Positions 48,118 to 57,839 of a stretch of DNA of 64,000 bases are shown here, one piece after another. The notes beneath the pieces were generated by a model, which saw nothing but the letters and a program-made list of their open reading frames with translations, did not search any database and had not been told where the DNA came from. Positions within the stretch are counted from its first letter, which is position 1, and every line of letters starts with the position of its first letter. This DNA is from a virus, in IMG/VR virus record IMGVR_UViG_3300035670_008749, positions 1 to 64,000 of that record, one strand, 5' to 3'. Made by a program: the position numbers and the translations under genes.

Positions 48118-49118
48118 TAACTGGCGTCAATGGACAAGATGGTAGTTATCTTGCGGAGCTGCTTTTAGAAAAAGGATACAAAGTACATGGAACAATACGA
48201 AGATCCTCGTCTTTTAATACATGGAGAATAGATCATCTCAGAAAAAATCCAATGTTTAAGTGGCACTACGCTGATGTTACGGATCCAGTATCGATTAGTA
48301 ATCTAATATCAACAATTAAACCTGACGAATTTTACAACTTGGCTGCTCAAAGTCATGTGAAGATCTCTTTTGAAATCCCTTATTATACTGGACAAGTAGA
48401 TGCTATAGGAACTTTAAACGTTTTAGAGTCAATAAGAACTCATTCACCAAAGACTAAACTATATCAAGCATCGACATCTGAGCTTTATGGCAAAGTACAG
48501 GAAATACCTCAAACAGAAAAAACTCCTTTTTATCCAAGAAGTCCTTACGGGGTTGCTAAACTTTACGGATTTTGGATTATAAAAAACTACAGAGAAGCTT
48601 ACAACATCTTTGCATGTAATGGTATTCTCTTTAATCATACATCTCCCAGAAGGGGCGAGAATTTTGTAGAGAAGAAGATTGTTGATGGATTAGTTGACAT
48701 TAAACTAGGTAAATCTGATATTTTAAAATTAGGTAACTTAAATTCATCAAGAGATATTGGACACGCTAAAGAATATGTTGAAGGTATGTGGAGGATGCTA
48801 CAGCAGGAACATCCGAGGGACTTTGTTCTTGCAACAGGTGTTACATATACAATAAAAGAAATTGTAGAAATGACCTCTTTAAAGTTGGGAATGGAAATAG
48901 AATTTACGGGAAAAGAAGAGGAAGAGATTGGTAGAATAAAAGAAACCGGAAGAAGAATAATTGAGGTGGATCCTAAATATTTCAGACCATCAGAGGTTGA
49001 TCTATTAATTGGTGATGCTACTGAGGCAAAAAAAAATCTAGGATGGGAACCTAAGCTTTCCCTTTCTAATATAATAGATGAAATGATAGAAGATAAAATA
49101 AAATCTTATGGACTATAA
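48096..49118 (+). CDS. gmd: GDP-mannose 4,6-dehydratase
   Basis: ITG..GQDGSYLAE, LAAQSHV, QASTSELYG, PFYPRSPYGVAK, GILFNH. Confidence 0.97.
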   Translation: MPIRKAIITGVNGQDGSYLAELLLEKGYKVHGTIRRSSSFNTWRIDHLRKNPMFKWHYADVTDPVSISNLISTIKPDEFYNLAAQSHVKISFEIPYYTGQVDAIGTLNVLESIRTHSPKTKLYQASTSELYGKVQEIPQTEKTPFYPRSPYGVAKLYGFWIIKNYREAYNIFACNGILFNHTSPRRGENFVEKKIVDGLVDIKLGKSDILKLGNLNSSRDIGHAKEYVEGMWRMLQQEHPRDFVLATGVTYTIKEIVEMTSLKLGMEIEFTGKEEEEIGRIKETGRRIIEVDPKYFRPSEVDLLIGDATEAKKNLGWEPKLSLSNIIDEMIEDKIKSYGL

Positions 49119-49686
49119 TCTATTAATAGAAAAAGAGATAGAAGCTCTAAGAAAAATACCAGTCGAAAGGGTTGAGGATATTATTAGACACATACATTGG
49201 AATTTAACGTCTGGTAGGATAATTACTTCTGGGATGGGCAAAGCTGGTCAGATAGCTCATACTTTTGCAACAACTCTTTCTTCTACGGGAACCCCAGCTT
49301 TCTTTTTACACCCCTCAGAAGCTCAACATGGAGATTTGGGAATAATACAACCTGGTGATATAATTATAGTTTTTAGTAATTCGGGTAAGACTAGAGAGGT
49401 TATAGAACTAATAGATCTAATCCATAATCTGGGATACAACAATTACATATACGCTATCGTTGGAACCAAAACCCAAGATATCTCTATAAAATGTGCAGAC
49501 TACATTGAATTTGGTCCTGTTGAGGAAATATGTCCGATGGGATTAACCCCAACAACTTCAACAACATGTATGTCTGTTATATCTGATCTAATCGTAGTTG
49601 GTCTGATGAAAAAAAATAGTTTTAATAAAGAAAAATACTCAAAGCTTCACCATGGTGGATATCTCGGTCAGAAATCAAAAAACTAG
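49108..49686 (+). CDS. kdsD: Arabinose-5-phosphate isomerase (SIS domain only, no CBS pair)
   Basis: GMGKAG.IA, STGTPAFFLHP.EA.HGDLG, S.SG.T.E, PT.STT, H.GG.LG. Confidence 0.88.
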   Translation: MDYNLLIEKEIEALRKIPVERVEDIIRHIHWNLTSGRIITSGMGKAGQIAHTFATTLSSTGTPAFFLHPSEAQHGDLGIIQPGDIIIVFSNSGKTREVIELIDLIHNLGYNNYIYAIVGTKTQDISIKCADYIEFGPVEEICPMGLTPTTSTTCMSVISDLIVVGLMKKNSFNKEKYSKLHHGGYLGQKSKN

Positions 49687-50455
49687 GATTCTTATAGGAG
49701 GTCCTTGCGTTATACAAAGCTGGGACACGTGTTTTGAGGTAGCAACAGAGGTTAGGAGATGTGGACTTCTTCATAATTTCCAAACAATATTTAAAGCAAG
49801 TTTTGATAAGGCTAATAGAACATCTACTGATGGCTTTAGAGGGATAGGCATAGATAAGGGTTTAGAAGTGCTAAGAAATATAAAATCTCGTTTAAACATA
49901 GACATAATAACAGACGTTCATGAAACTAATCAGGTTGAAAGGGTGGCTTCTGTTGTAGATTATTTACAGATCCCAGCATTTCTATGTAGACAAACAGATC
50001 TTATAGAAGCTTGCGCTAAAACTGGTTTACCGGTTTTAATTAAAAAGGGACAATTTCTTTCTCCTGAATCTTGCAAATTCATAGAGGATAAATTTTATAA
50101 TTTCGGCGGTAAAGAGTTAATGATAGGGGAAAGAGGAAATACCTTTGGATACAATGATCTAGTAGTAGACGCCACTTCAATATCAAGGTTAAAAAAATCA
50201 TGCGAAAGATCTAAAATAATTATGGACTGTACACACAGTTTGCAAAGACCTAACGGGATAAACGGAAAAACAGAAGGAAGAGGAGAAATGATAGAAGATA
50301 TGGTTAAGTTTGCTTCTGTTATGGATGCAGATGGATTATTTATAGAAACCCATCCTTATCCAAGCCTTTCACCTTCCGATTCAGAAAATATGCTGGAACT
50401 TAATAAATTGGAGGGAATAATTAAAAAATCTAGATTAATATATGACACCCACTAA
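49652..50455 (+). CDS. kdsA: KDO-8-phosphate synthase
   Basis: GPCVI, FKASFDKANRTS, TDVHE, QIPAFLCRQTDL, KKGQF, ERG..FGY..LVVD, D.THS.Q.P. Confidence 0.95.
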   Translation: MVDISVRNQKTRILIGGPCVIQSWDTCFEVATEVRRCGLLHNFQTIFKASFDKANRTSTDGFRGIGIDKGLEVLRNIKSRLNIDIITDVHETNQVERVASVVDYLQIPAFLCRQTDLIEACAKTGLPVLIKKGQFLSPESCKFIEDKFYNFGGKELMIGERGNTFGYNDLVVDATSISRLKKSCERSKIIMDCTHSLQRPNGINGKTEGRGEMIEDMVKFASVMDADGLFIETHPYPSLSPSDSENMLELNKLEGIIKKSRLIYDTH

Positions 50456-51152
50456 ATTACTAGATATTGTTATAATTAGCTATGCTAATGACGATTATTG
50501 TAAGAATCTTACTAAGAGCTGTATAACATCTATATTAAACTCCGAGAGTAATGCTATTAAAGATTTTAATATTATAGTGGTAGAATCTGAACCTGGGGTT
50601 AAATGGGAAGATTTAGCTGAAAATGTAAAAACCTACCAAGCTCCTCTTCCTTATGGATATCACAAATTTTTAAATTTTGGTAGGAAACAAGGAAATTCCC
50701 CGTGGGTTGCTCTTTGTAATAACGACCTTGAATTTACACAGGGATGGTTTACTAGAATACTAGAAGCTTCTTCTACAGTTCCTGAAGCACTTTCTTTTTC
50801 TCCTTTATGTCCTAAGACCCAAACTCTTTACGGGATAAATGAAAACATGGGACTTATTGAAGGATATGAAATAAGAAAACAAATTTCAGGCTGGTGTATA
50901 ATACACAAAAGAGAAATTTATGAAAAGATAGGAGACCTAGATGAAAGATTTCATCATTGGTTCTGTGATAATGATTACTCAATGGAACTAATGAAAAATA
51001 AAATTAAACACGTTTTAGTTACTAATTCAGTTGTGGTGCACCACGATAAAAACATAGGGAAGACAACAGAAAGAGTGATCAAAGATTATAATTTAATGCA
51101 CAAAATGACTAGCGGATCTTATCCGTTATTTAAGGAAAAATGGAACTTATAA
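50442..51152 (+). CDS. GT2 family glycosyltransferase
   Basis: DIVIIS, IIVVE, N.G, CNND, IG.LDERF...F.D.DY. Confidence 0.85.
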   Translation: MTPTKLLDIVIISYANDDYCKNLTKSCITSILNSESNAIKDFNIIVVESEPGVKWEDLAENVKTYQAPLPYGYHKFLNFGRKQGNSPWVALCNNDLEFTQGWFTRILEASSTVPEALSFSPLCPKTQTLYGINENMGLIEGYEIRKQISGWCIIHKREIYEKIGDLDERFHHWFCDNDYSMELMKNKIKHVLVTNSVVVHHDKNIGKTTERVIKDYNLMHKMTSGSYPLFKEKWNL

Positions 51153-51162
51153 AAATATAAAT

Positions 51163-51783
51163 ATGACTAGATACGACATAATAAACAGAATTATTGAAAA
51201 TAGGGGATATAAAAATTATCTCGAGATAGGGGTAAGAGATGGCGAATGTTTTAAAGAAGTTTGTTGTGAAAATAAAACAGGGGTAGATCCTGCTCCAACA
51301 TCTTCTGATACCACTCATATAATGACATCAGATTCTTTCTTTAGTTCTCTTGATCCAGAGCAAAAGTTTGATATCATTTTTATTGATGGATTGCATTTAG
51401 AACATCAAGTAGATAAAGATATTGAAAACTCTTTAAATTATCTATCTGAGGGTGGTACTATTGTTTTACACGACTGTAATCCCCCGACTAAATTTCATAC
51501 GGAGGAGAGACCGGTTTTTACTGCTCCTGCAAACGGGAATTGGAACGGAACGGTATATCTTTCTTTAGTAAAATTAAGACTTTATAGAAACGATCTAAAA
51601 TTAGTAACTGTTGACACTGATTGGGGGGTAGGAATACTAACTAGAGATGCTAGCGAAACTATTGACGTATTTCCTAGCGAGGCTACAACATGGGATTTTT
51701 TCACATTAAATAGACATAGCGTATTAGATTTAATATCTCCCGAGGAATTTGAAGAAAATTATCCCGTTTATAAAACGGAATAA
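51163..51783 (+). CDS. Class I SAM methyltransferase (Methyltransf_24-like)
   Basis: YLEIGV, GVDP, FDIIFIDGLH, GG.IVLHDCNP, DWGVG. Confidence 0.85.
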   Translation: MTRYDIINRIIENRGYKNYLEIGVRDGECFKEVCCENKTGVDPAPTSSDTTHIMTSDSFFSSLDPEQKFDIIFIDGLHLEHQVDKDIENSLNYLSEGGTIVLHDCNPPTKFHTEERPVFTAPANGNWNGTVYLSLVKLRLYRNDLKLVTVDTDWGVGILTRDASETIDVFPSEATTWDFFTLNRHSVLDLISPEEFEENYPVYKTE

Positions 51784-51786
51784 TTC

Positions 51787-51815
51787 GAAATTATTTATGA
51801 GTCATAACCTATAAA
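51787..51815 (+). promoter_or_regulatory. Class B promoter-like motif GAAA-N19-TATAAA
   Basis: Intergenic; same spacing as the other copies. Confidence 0.5.
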
Positions 51816-51822
51816 ATATAGT

Positions 51823-52083
51823 ATGAATCTGGAAGAGGGTTTTAAAATGGTTATTTCTAGAGAAAAAGGTAAAGCTTATGTAGAAATAACTAGACACAAA
51901 GAGTCCTATATGAGCAACATACTTATAATAAATAGCTTCGGCAGTAAAAGATATGAAGAAACTTGGATAATAGAAAAAGATTTAGATGCCTGGATTTCTT
52001 CTTTAGCAAGGGAAGGATTCACAAAGATAAAAACTATAGAAGATGTGGAGTCTCCTAAAAAAAGTACTAAAAAGAAAAAATAA
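51823..52083 (+). CDS. Hypothetical protein
   Basis: 86-aa ORF following the promoter motif. Confidence 0.6.
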   Translation: MNLEEGFKMVISREKGKAYVEITRHKESYMSNILIINSFGSKRYEETWIIEKDLDAWISSLAREGFTKIKTIEDVESPKKSTKKKK

Positions 52084-52087
52084 TAAT

Positions 52088-52669
52088 ATGGAAAACATAG
52101 AAGAGATAGATGTCGAGTTTCTTGACAGGGAACTTAAACCTTTTCTTTATAAATGGGCTAAGGGGGACAATTCAGGTACTGTTTGTGAATATGAAAGTGT
52201 ATTTAAAGATCCAACTACAGGAATAATCTGGATAAATTTTAAAGGAGGAACTAGAATAAATTATGCTCTACTTAATGAGTATATGATGCAAATAGATTCT
52301 TCTTCTATAGTTCATAATGAACCGGTAGCGCAAAACAATAACCTACCAGTTAAAAATGTAATGCTTTCTGAATCTAAAGCTAAGGTTCCAGATTTAGAAA
52401 ATCCCATAGTTTCTCTTTTACAAAAACAAAAACCAAACTGGGTAGAGGTTGGAATTAATCTTAAACTAAATCTCCCCACTAAAAATCTTTATAATGTTCT
52501 AACATCATCTTTTGATGATGCAGAGGAGGAAATTATAGAGTTTGTTGTTAGAGATTTAGATATTGAAATAATAAAAGAGAGCCTGAGGATAAATATAAAG
52601 GATATATATAAATCAAATGGAACTTTACGAAAAGGCGGAACAATCAGTAATACAAAAAACGAGGAATAG
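52088..52669 (+). CDS. Hypothetical protein
   Basis: ATG 52088, in frame with the tracked 52043 ORF and avoiding overlap. Confidence 0.65.
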   Translation: MENIEEIDVEFLDRELKPFLYKWAKGDNSGTVCEYESVFKDPTTGIIWINFKGGTRINYALLNEYMMQIDSSSIVHNEPVAQNNNLPVKNVMLSESKAKVPDLENPIVSLLQKQKPNWVEVGINLKLNLPTKNLYNVLTSSFDDAEEEIIEFVVRDLDIEIIKESLRINIKDIYKSNGTLRKGGTISNTKNEE

Positions 52670-53180
52670 AGAGGTCGTAGAAATAGATGGACATCTATTT
52701 ATTAGACAGATAAATCCTGGGGTTATTATAATGCCCTACACTTTAAATGAAGAGGGATTTCCGTTTAAAATAGGAATCATATCTGAAGTATTGGATCAAC
52801 GTCCAGGAGGAATGGCAAAAACTCTAATAACTGGCTCGCAAGACGATAAAGATTCTAACATATACCAAACAGCTGTTAGAGAAATGGAAGAGGAATCGGG
52901 GTTCCTAGTCGAGGATCTTAAAAGATGGCAGTTCTTAGGGAGTTTATATACATCAAAAATGGTAATTAATTCTAATCCATGTTTTGCTGTGAATATTACC
53001 GGATTAGTTTCGGGAGAAAAAAAGACAGATGGCTCTAAATCTGAGAAAGACACTAAGTTTGAACTTGTATCTATAGATGAGGCTCTAAATTTAGAGGATT
53101 CTTTAGTTAGTACACTATTCATAAAAACATTCAAAGACATTTTTAACAGTAAAGAGGAAGAAGATGAATCTACCAAATAG
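52617..53180 (+). CDS. NUDIX hydrolase
   Basis: G..D......TAVREMEEESG Nudix box; GATATATA at 52601. Confidence 0.8.
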   Translation: MELYEKAEQSVIQKTRNREVVEIDGHLFIRQINPGVIIMPYTLNEEGFPFKIGIISEVLDQRPGGMAKTLITGSQDDKDSNIYQTAVREMEEESGFLVEDLKRWQFLGSLYTSKMVINSNPCFAVNITGLVSGEKKTDGSKSEKDTKFELVSIDEALNLEDSLVSTLFIKTFKDIFNSKEEEDESTK

Positions 53181-53331
53181 AAAAGAAAGAAGGAGAGCTG
53201 CAAAAGAAATGGGCCTTCTAGGAAAGAAAAAAGAAATTAGCGAAGAGTCTAAAGAAAGAGCTAAAGCTATGGGTAATCTCATTAGGCTCCGAAATTTGAC
53301 CGAGCAAAGAAATAGAAAAAAAGATAACTGA
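53164..53331 (+). CDS. Small basic protein (55 aa, MNLPNRKERRRAAKEMGLLGKKK...)
   Basis: Fills the gap on the coding strand; below the track cutoff. Confidence 0.6.
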   Translation: MNLPNRKERRRAAKEMGLLGKKKEISEESKERAKAMGNLIRLRNLTEQRNRKKDN

Positions 53332-53337
53332 TTTATA

Positions 53338-53664
53338 GTGTCCAATAAATCTTTTATAATTCCTAAAGCAGACAAGCTAAAGTCCTTTAATCAGGATTCT
53401 TGTGATAATTTCCATGTGATAGATGTTAATCTATGGTTCAAGAATAATAATCTTACTCCTTCGTCCATGAATGAAATAAGACAGTACATTTTTGAAGAAT
53501 GGTTGCATAAGAAAATAACTAGTTCTAAATCTAAGATCTCTACTGGATCAAAACTTGTTATAATTTACGATAGTCCTACAGATCCTTTTGTAGATCTTTT
53601 AAAACATAAAATCTTAGAAATTTTAGATTACGATTTTTGTGATATTATTTTAATGGACGAATAA
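53338..53664 (+). CDS. Hypothetical protein
   Basis: 108-aa ORF with GTG start, operon-like spacing. Confidence 0.55.
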   Translation: MSNKSFIIPKADKLKSFNQDSCDNFHVIDVNLWFKNNNLTPSSMNEIRQYIFEEWLHKKITSSKSKISTGSKLVIIYDSPTDPFVDLLKHKILEILDYDFCDIILMDE

Positions 53665-53683
53665 AAGCTCGGGTATATACTAT

Positions 53684-55585
53684 ATGGCAGAAGAACCCAA
53701 GCACATATTATCCAAAGGTGGAGCTTTAAATGATATAAAAAATCTCCAGGACGCTGGTCAGGTAGTAAGTGATGTACAGTATTACAACAGTAAGATAATA
53801 TATGCTTTTCCCAGTGATAAAGCGTTTGCTACTTACGAGCTTTCAGAATTAAGGTATCTTCCTAAAAGTTTATTCTATGATGCAGCCACATCAGATGGTG
53901 TATATAGAGGACTTTTCGCTTATTACGTTTTAGGTGGTTCTAAAGATAGAGTTAGATATCATGCTTCTGAACTAGAACAAGGTTTATCTAAGATAACTCC
54001 TGTCGAATCAAGAAATCCATCTGCCCGACAAATAATAGAAACAGTTACTGGAGGGGGAAAGACCCCAAATTACTTAAATCCTAATAGTCCATATAGGGGA
54101 CAAATATACAATGTAAAAGATTTTATCTTCTGTAAGTATTACGGTATTATTCCAAACAACAGAATGTTAACTCTGCGGAGGTTTGCACATCCAACATTAG
54201 ATTCTTTAAGAGTTATAGCTAATGACATGGTAGGGGATTTTAGCGCTGTTAGTGGTGCTTCAGGTTCGCTTATTCCACAGTACGATAAGCCAAAAGAACC
54301 GATAAAAGATTTAGGTATATTACAAGATACCGATGCAGTTTTTAATACATCTCTTCCAGTTGCTCAATTAGTTACTTTTTTTGGAGCAGATACAGGAAAT
54401 AATCTTAGTACTATATTAGGAATAGATACTGGACTAAATTTCTCTTTACAAACACAGGATCCGATGAAAAACGAACAGACTGGGGATCCTGGATTAATGA
54501 ATACCCCATATGGAGATTTGATAAAAGCAGCGGTAACTAGCGGAACTAACAGCGTAGGAGCGGAGGATATAGAATCTATTGATAAATTAATAGGTACTAT
54601 AGTTGCTCCTGAAAAAAATATAAATAGATTACAAAGAGCTCTTTTAGACGAAGCAGTAACTGCTGATGGACCGCTTTCTAAAAAAATATTTGTCAACCTA
54701 AACACAGTAAATCAAGTTGCAATTAGACAACAGGGATTTGCAGGAGGAACTAATGGTTTCACCCTGAATTTTCATTACACTCTTAGTTCTGCGGGAGAGG
54801 TTAATTCTAAATTATTGTTCCTTGATTTAATGACTAATGTATTATCTGTTGGTACTGACTATGGGCAATTTTTAACTCCGGAGATAAGAATACAACAAAC
54901 TGCAGTAGGTATGGGATTCCCTGGAGGGCCTGCTGGATATGCAAAATCCATAACCGATCCTATTAATTATATAAGAGACGTGGTAGGAAAAATGCTATCC
55001 GCCGGCGAGGTTAACAAAGCCAAAGCACAAGAGGAGGAGGTCAACAAAGGTGTTTCTGCTGTTTATGCCGACGTTCAGAAATTTATAAGTAATCCTGACA
55101 CATTTAAGTTTGAAGGAACGCAGCTTTCTAAATCGATTGCCGTTATGCTTTCTGAGGCATTCCTTAAAAAGATATACTATAGTCCAATCATGTTAAGTGG
55201 ATACCCAACTGGCGAATGGCATTTAACAATAGGCAATCCTTTGAATCCTATAGCCATGATGGGAAATTTAGTTTGTAACAATGTTAAAATAAACTTTAAC
55301 GATGATTTAGGACCTGACGATTTTCCAACTGAAATGACTGTTTCACTACAGCTTATGCCAGGGAGACAAAGACACAGAGGGGATTGGGAATCTATGTTTA
55401 ACAGAGGTAACGGAAGATTGTATCTAGGTCAATTAGTTAGCAGCAAAGAAACGACTAATGCCTTTGTTAACACTCAAGGTAACTTCGTTAATAATACTGC
55501 AGGACAAAACATTTACAATATAGTAGAGGAAAATGTAAACCCTCTTACAGGAACAGAAACTAATGCCCAAGGTCCAGGAGAATAG
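53684..55585 (+). CDS. Putative baseplate/tail-tube-fold structural protein
   Basis: Heads the baseplate block; C-terminal WHLTIGNP..PI...GNLV...V.....LGPDDFP...V...L resembles tube-fold proteins; GGTATATA at 53672. Confidence 0.5.
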   Translation: MAEEPKHILSKGGALNDIKNLQDAGQVVSDVQYYNSKIIYAFPSDKAFATYELSELRYLPKSLFYDAATSDGVYRGLFAYYVLGGSKDRVRYHASELEQGLSKITPVESRNPSARQIIETVTGGGKTPNYLNPNSPYRGQIYNVKDFIFCKYYGIIPNNRMLTLRRFAHPTLDSLRVIANDMVGDFSAVSGASGSLIPQYDKPKEPIKDLGILQDTDAVFNTSLPVAQLVTFFGADTGNNLSTILGIDTGLNFSLQTQDPMKNEQTGDPGLMNTPYGDLIKAAVTSGTNSVGAEDIESIDKLIGTIVAPEKNINRLQRALLDEAVTADGPLSKKIFVNLNTVNQVAIRQQGFAGGTNGFTLNFHYTLSSAGEVNSKLLFLDLMTNVLSVGTDYGQFLTPEIRIQQTAVGMGFPGGPAGYAKSITDPINYIRDVVGKMLSAGEVNKAKAQEEEVNKGVSAVYADVQKFISNPDTFKFEGTQLSKSIAVMLSEAFLKKIYYSPIMLSGYPTGEWHLTIGNPLNPIAMMGNLVCNNVKINFNDDLGPDDFPTEMTVSLQLMPGRQRHRGDWESMFNRGNGRLYLGQLVSSKETTNAFVNTQGNFVNNTAGQNIYNIVEENVNPLTGTETNAQGPGE

Positions 55586-55601
55586 ACATAAATTATAAAA
55601 G

Positions 55602-56207
55602 ATGCTAACAATAGATATTATAAATGATAAGCCCTTCTTTACCAATCCTAACACGCAGGATAGGTATGTAGACTTATTGACACCATCATGGGTTGCTAGA
55701 GCAGTAAGATACTCTATAAAAGCAATAGCCTTTGTTACTGACGAAACAAAAATGAGACCTGATTTGGTTTCTATGCAATATATGGGAGATACTTCTAGAT
55801 TAGGAACCTTATTAAAACTCAATAATATATCTAATCCATTGAGTGTTAATTCAGGGGAAATATTATTAGTACCCGGGGATCAGATGGTCACGGATCTATT
55901 TCAAAGTGGCAAGGCGGTTTCTTCACAAAAACAAAAAGCAAGATCTTTTAGGAAAGAACTACAAGATAAAATATCTCAGGTCAGTAAAGATCGTTTAGAA
56001 TATCTTAATGCTAAAAACGTGTCCAATCTAGCAGAAGTTCCCCTTCCTCCTAATTTACTACAAGAGGGACAGCAACAAATACTTGTTACAGAGGGAAGAC
56101 TGATCTTTGGACCTGATATAGGGCAGTGTAGAAGTAGAGCAAAGAAAAACGTTTCCGTTACTGACATAAAAACCAAATTAGCACAAAAGAACATTTTTAG
56201 AAGATAA
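55602..56207 (+). CDS. Baseplate wedge protein, T4 gp53/LysM-like
   Basis: RPDLVS..Y.G......LLK.N.I.NP.....GEILLVP. Confidence 0.7.
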   Translation: MLTIDIINDKPFFTNPNTQDRYVDLLTPSWVARAVRYSIKAIAFVTDETKMRPDLVSMQYMGDTSRLGTLLKLNNISNPLSVNSGEILLVPGDQMVTDLFQSGKAVSSQKQKARSFRKELQDKISQVSKDRLEYLNAKNVSNLAEVPLPPNLLQEGQQQILVTEGRLIFGPDIGQCRSRAKKNVSVTDIKTKLAQKNIFRR

Positions 56208-56210
56208 AAT

Positions 56211-57833
56211 ATGCCTGCAGAAATAAACATAAGGAAGGCGATATTACAGTACAGAAATCCTGATATATTTCTGGATGAGCTTAGTGTAATTGACACATCT
56301 AACCAAGACGGAGATACCCAATTAAATGACCAAAAGAATGGGAACGTACAAAAGAAGTATTTTGGATCAACCACTCCTTTGGTTAGAATAAACACAGAAA
56401 TAATAAGTGGTATAAAGTATTTTAAATTAGATCTTACTGGATTTAAACCCACCCTTCTTTTTAGATTTGAAACAATAGATCAGAAATTTATATTTACATC
56501 CTATCCTAAAGACGGTGACTTAGTTTCTATATACATAAGACCTTATGGTGAAATGTTTAAACCAATAAGGATGGACTTTATAATAAATGAAGTTATAGCA
56601 CCTTTTAATGGCGGTCCCTACACAGACTACACTCCGTCTACGGGTAAATATCAGACCTATACAATAATGGCCGAGGTTAGAATACCTAAGCTCTATAAGC
56701 ACATATGTAAAAGCTTCAATGGTAATAGTTCGGATGCCCTTTTAAAAATATCAGAGGATCTAGGATTAGGCTATGCTTCAAATGAAGCAAAAACCAACGA
56801 TTCTATGAATTGGATATCACCTAATCTTGACTATCAAACTCTAATAAAAGATATAGTAAACAATGCCTGGTTAAGTGAAGAGGATTATTTTGATTGTTGG
56901 ATAGATCAATATTACAATATAAATTTAATAAATCTAAAAAAACAATTCGACGACGTAAATCCAAATCTAGAAAACATGAGAATGGCTTATGGAGCAGACT
57001 CATTTGGAGATGTTTTCTCCGGAGGTGGAGCACCAGAGACACACGAAGTAGAATTCCCACTTTTGCTTACGAACTCTACACAGTTTAGTAAGTCGCCTCT
57101 TTTTATTAGTGATATTTCCATAGAACAGAATGCTGGTAGTATAAACAAGGATCTAGGATACTTTCAAAAGATTCAGTTTTATGATAGCAAACTTGTTTCT
57201 GACAAGCCAAAGAACAAATTTGTTGAATATGATATAGAGTCTGTCACAAATAAAAATCTAGGTTCTAGAGACACGCTGAATAAGGGAAGGCTAGGTGAGG
57301 ACACTTACAAGGAAGAAATAAAGAAGACATATGTTGGAACCATGTATTTTGAAAATGTACACGAAAATTTTCAGCAAGCTTCAACTCAAAATATTCTAAA
57401 CAGAAACGATTCTTATAAGATAATACTTAGAGTTAAAAATAGATCATGGACTCCTTTTTTATATAGAGGGCAAACATTTCCTGTAGCGATTTTTTCTGAG
57501 GGCAATCCAGAAGTAAGTGCATCCTCTAGTTATAGCCCAGTAGGGGATCAAAAAAAATCCCTTGCCAATGATCCAGATAAAAGAACCATAAATGCTTTTC
57601 TTTCTGGTAATTATGTTGTTCTTGGATTTACTATAGAATATGACGAGGAAGGAATATACCAAACGATGTTACTAGGAAAGAAACAATGGGCACTAAATCC
57701 TGGATTGGCTTCAGAACCTATTCCTTTAGATCCCAAGATATTCGATGCTGATTTCAATGATTTGGCTAAGAGTGTTTCCTTTACTGTTCAAGAAAATACA
57801 CAAAAGCTGAAAGGCGACATATATAATAATTAA
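56211..57833 (+). CDS. Putative baseplate hub protein (gp27-like)
   Basis: Lies between gp53-like and gp5-like genes; L..I...LGLG and C-terminal LSGNYVV...I.Y....YQ...L.K pattern. Confidence 0.55.
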   Translation: MPAEINIRKAILQYRNPDIFLDELSVIDTSNQDGDTQLNDQKNGNVQKKYFGSTTPLVRINTEIISGIKYFKLDLTGFKPTLLFRFETIDQKFIFTSYPKDGDLVSIYIRPYGEMFKPIRMDFIINEVIAPFNGGPYTDYTPSTGKYQTYTIMAEVRIPKLYKHICKSFNGNSSDALLKISEDLGLGYASNEAKTNDSMNWISPNLDYQTLIKDIVNNAWLSEEDYFDCWIDQYYNINLINLKKQFDDVNPNLENMRMAYGADSFGDVFSGGGAPETHEVEFPLLLTNSTQFSKSPLFISDISIEQNAGSINKDLGYFQKIQFYDSKLVSDKPKNKFVEYDIESVTNKNLGSRDTLNKGRLGEDTYKEEIKKTYVGTMYFENVHENFQQASTQNILNRNDSYKIILRVKNRSWTPFLYRGQTFPVAIFSEGNPEVSASSSYSPVGDQKKSLANDPDKRTINAFLSGNYVVLGFTIEYDEEGIYQTMLLGKKQWALNPGLASEPIPLDPKIFDADFNDLAKSVSFTVQENTQKLKGDIYNN

Positions 57834-57839
57834 AAGGAT

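Noticed and set aside
49108-49686. SIS protein as GmhA supplying heptose to the BAHT-like domain
   Set aside because: Motifs (GMGK.G, EA.HGDLG, PT.ST) are KdsD/GutQ-type and it abuts kdsA. No heptose pathway is visible here, so the BAHT donor remains unknown.
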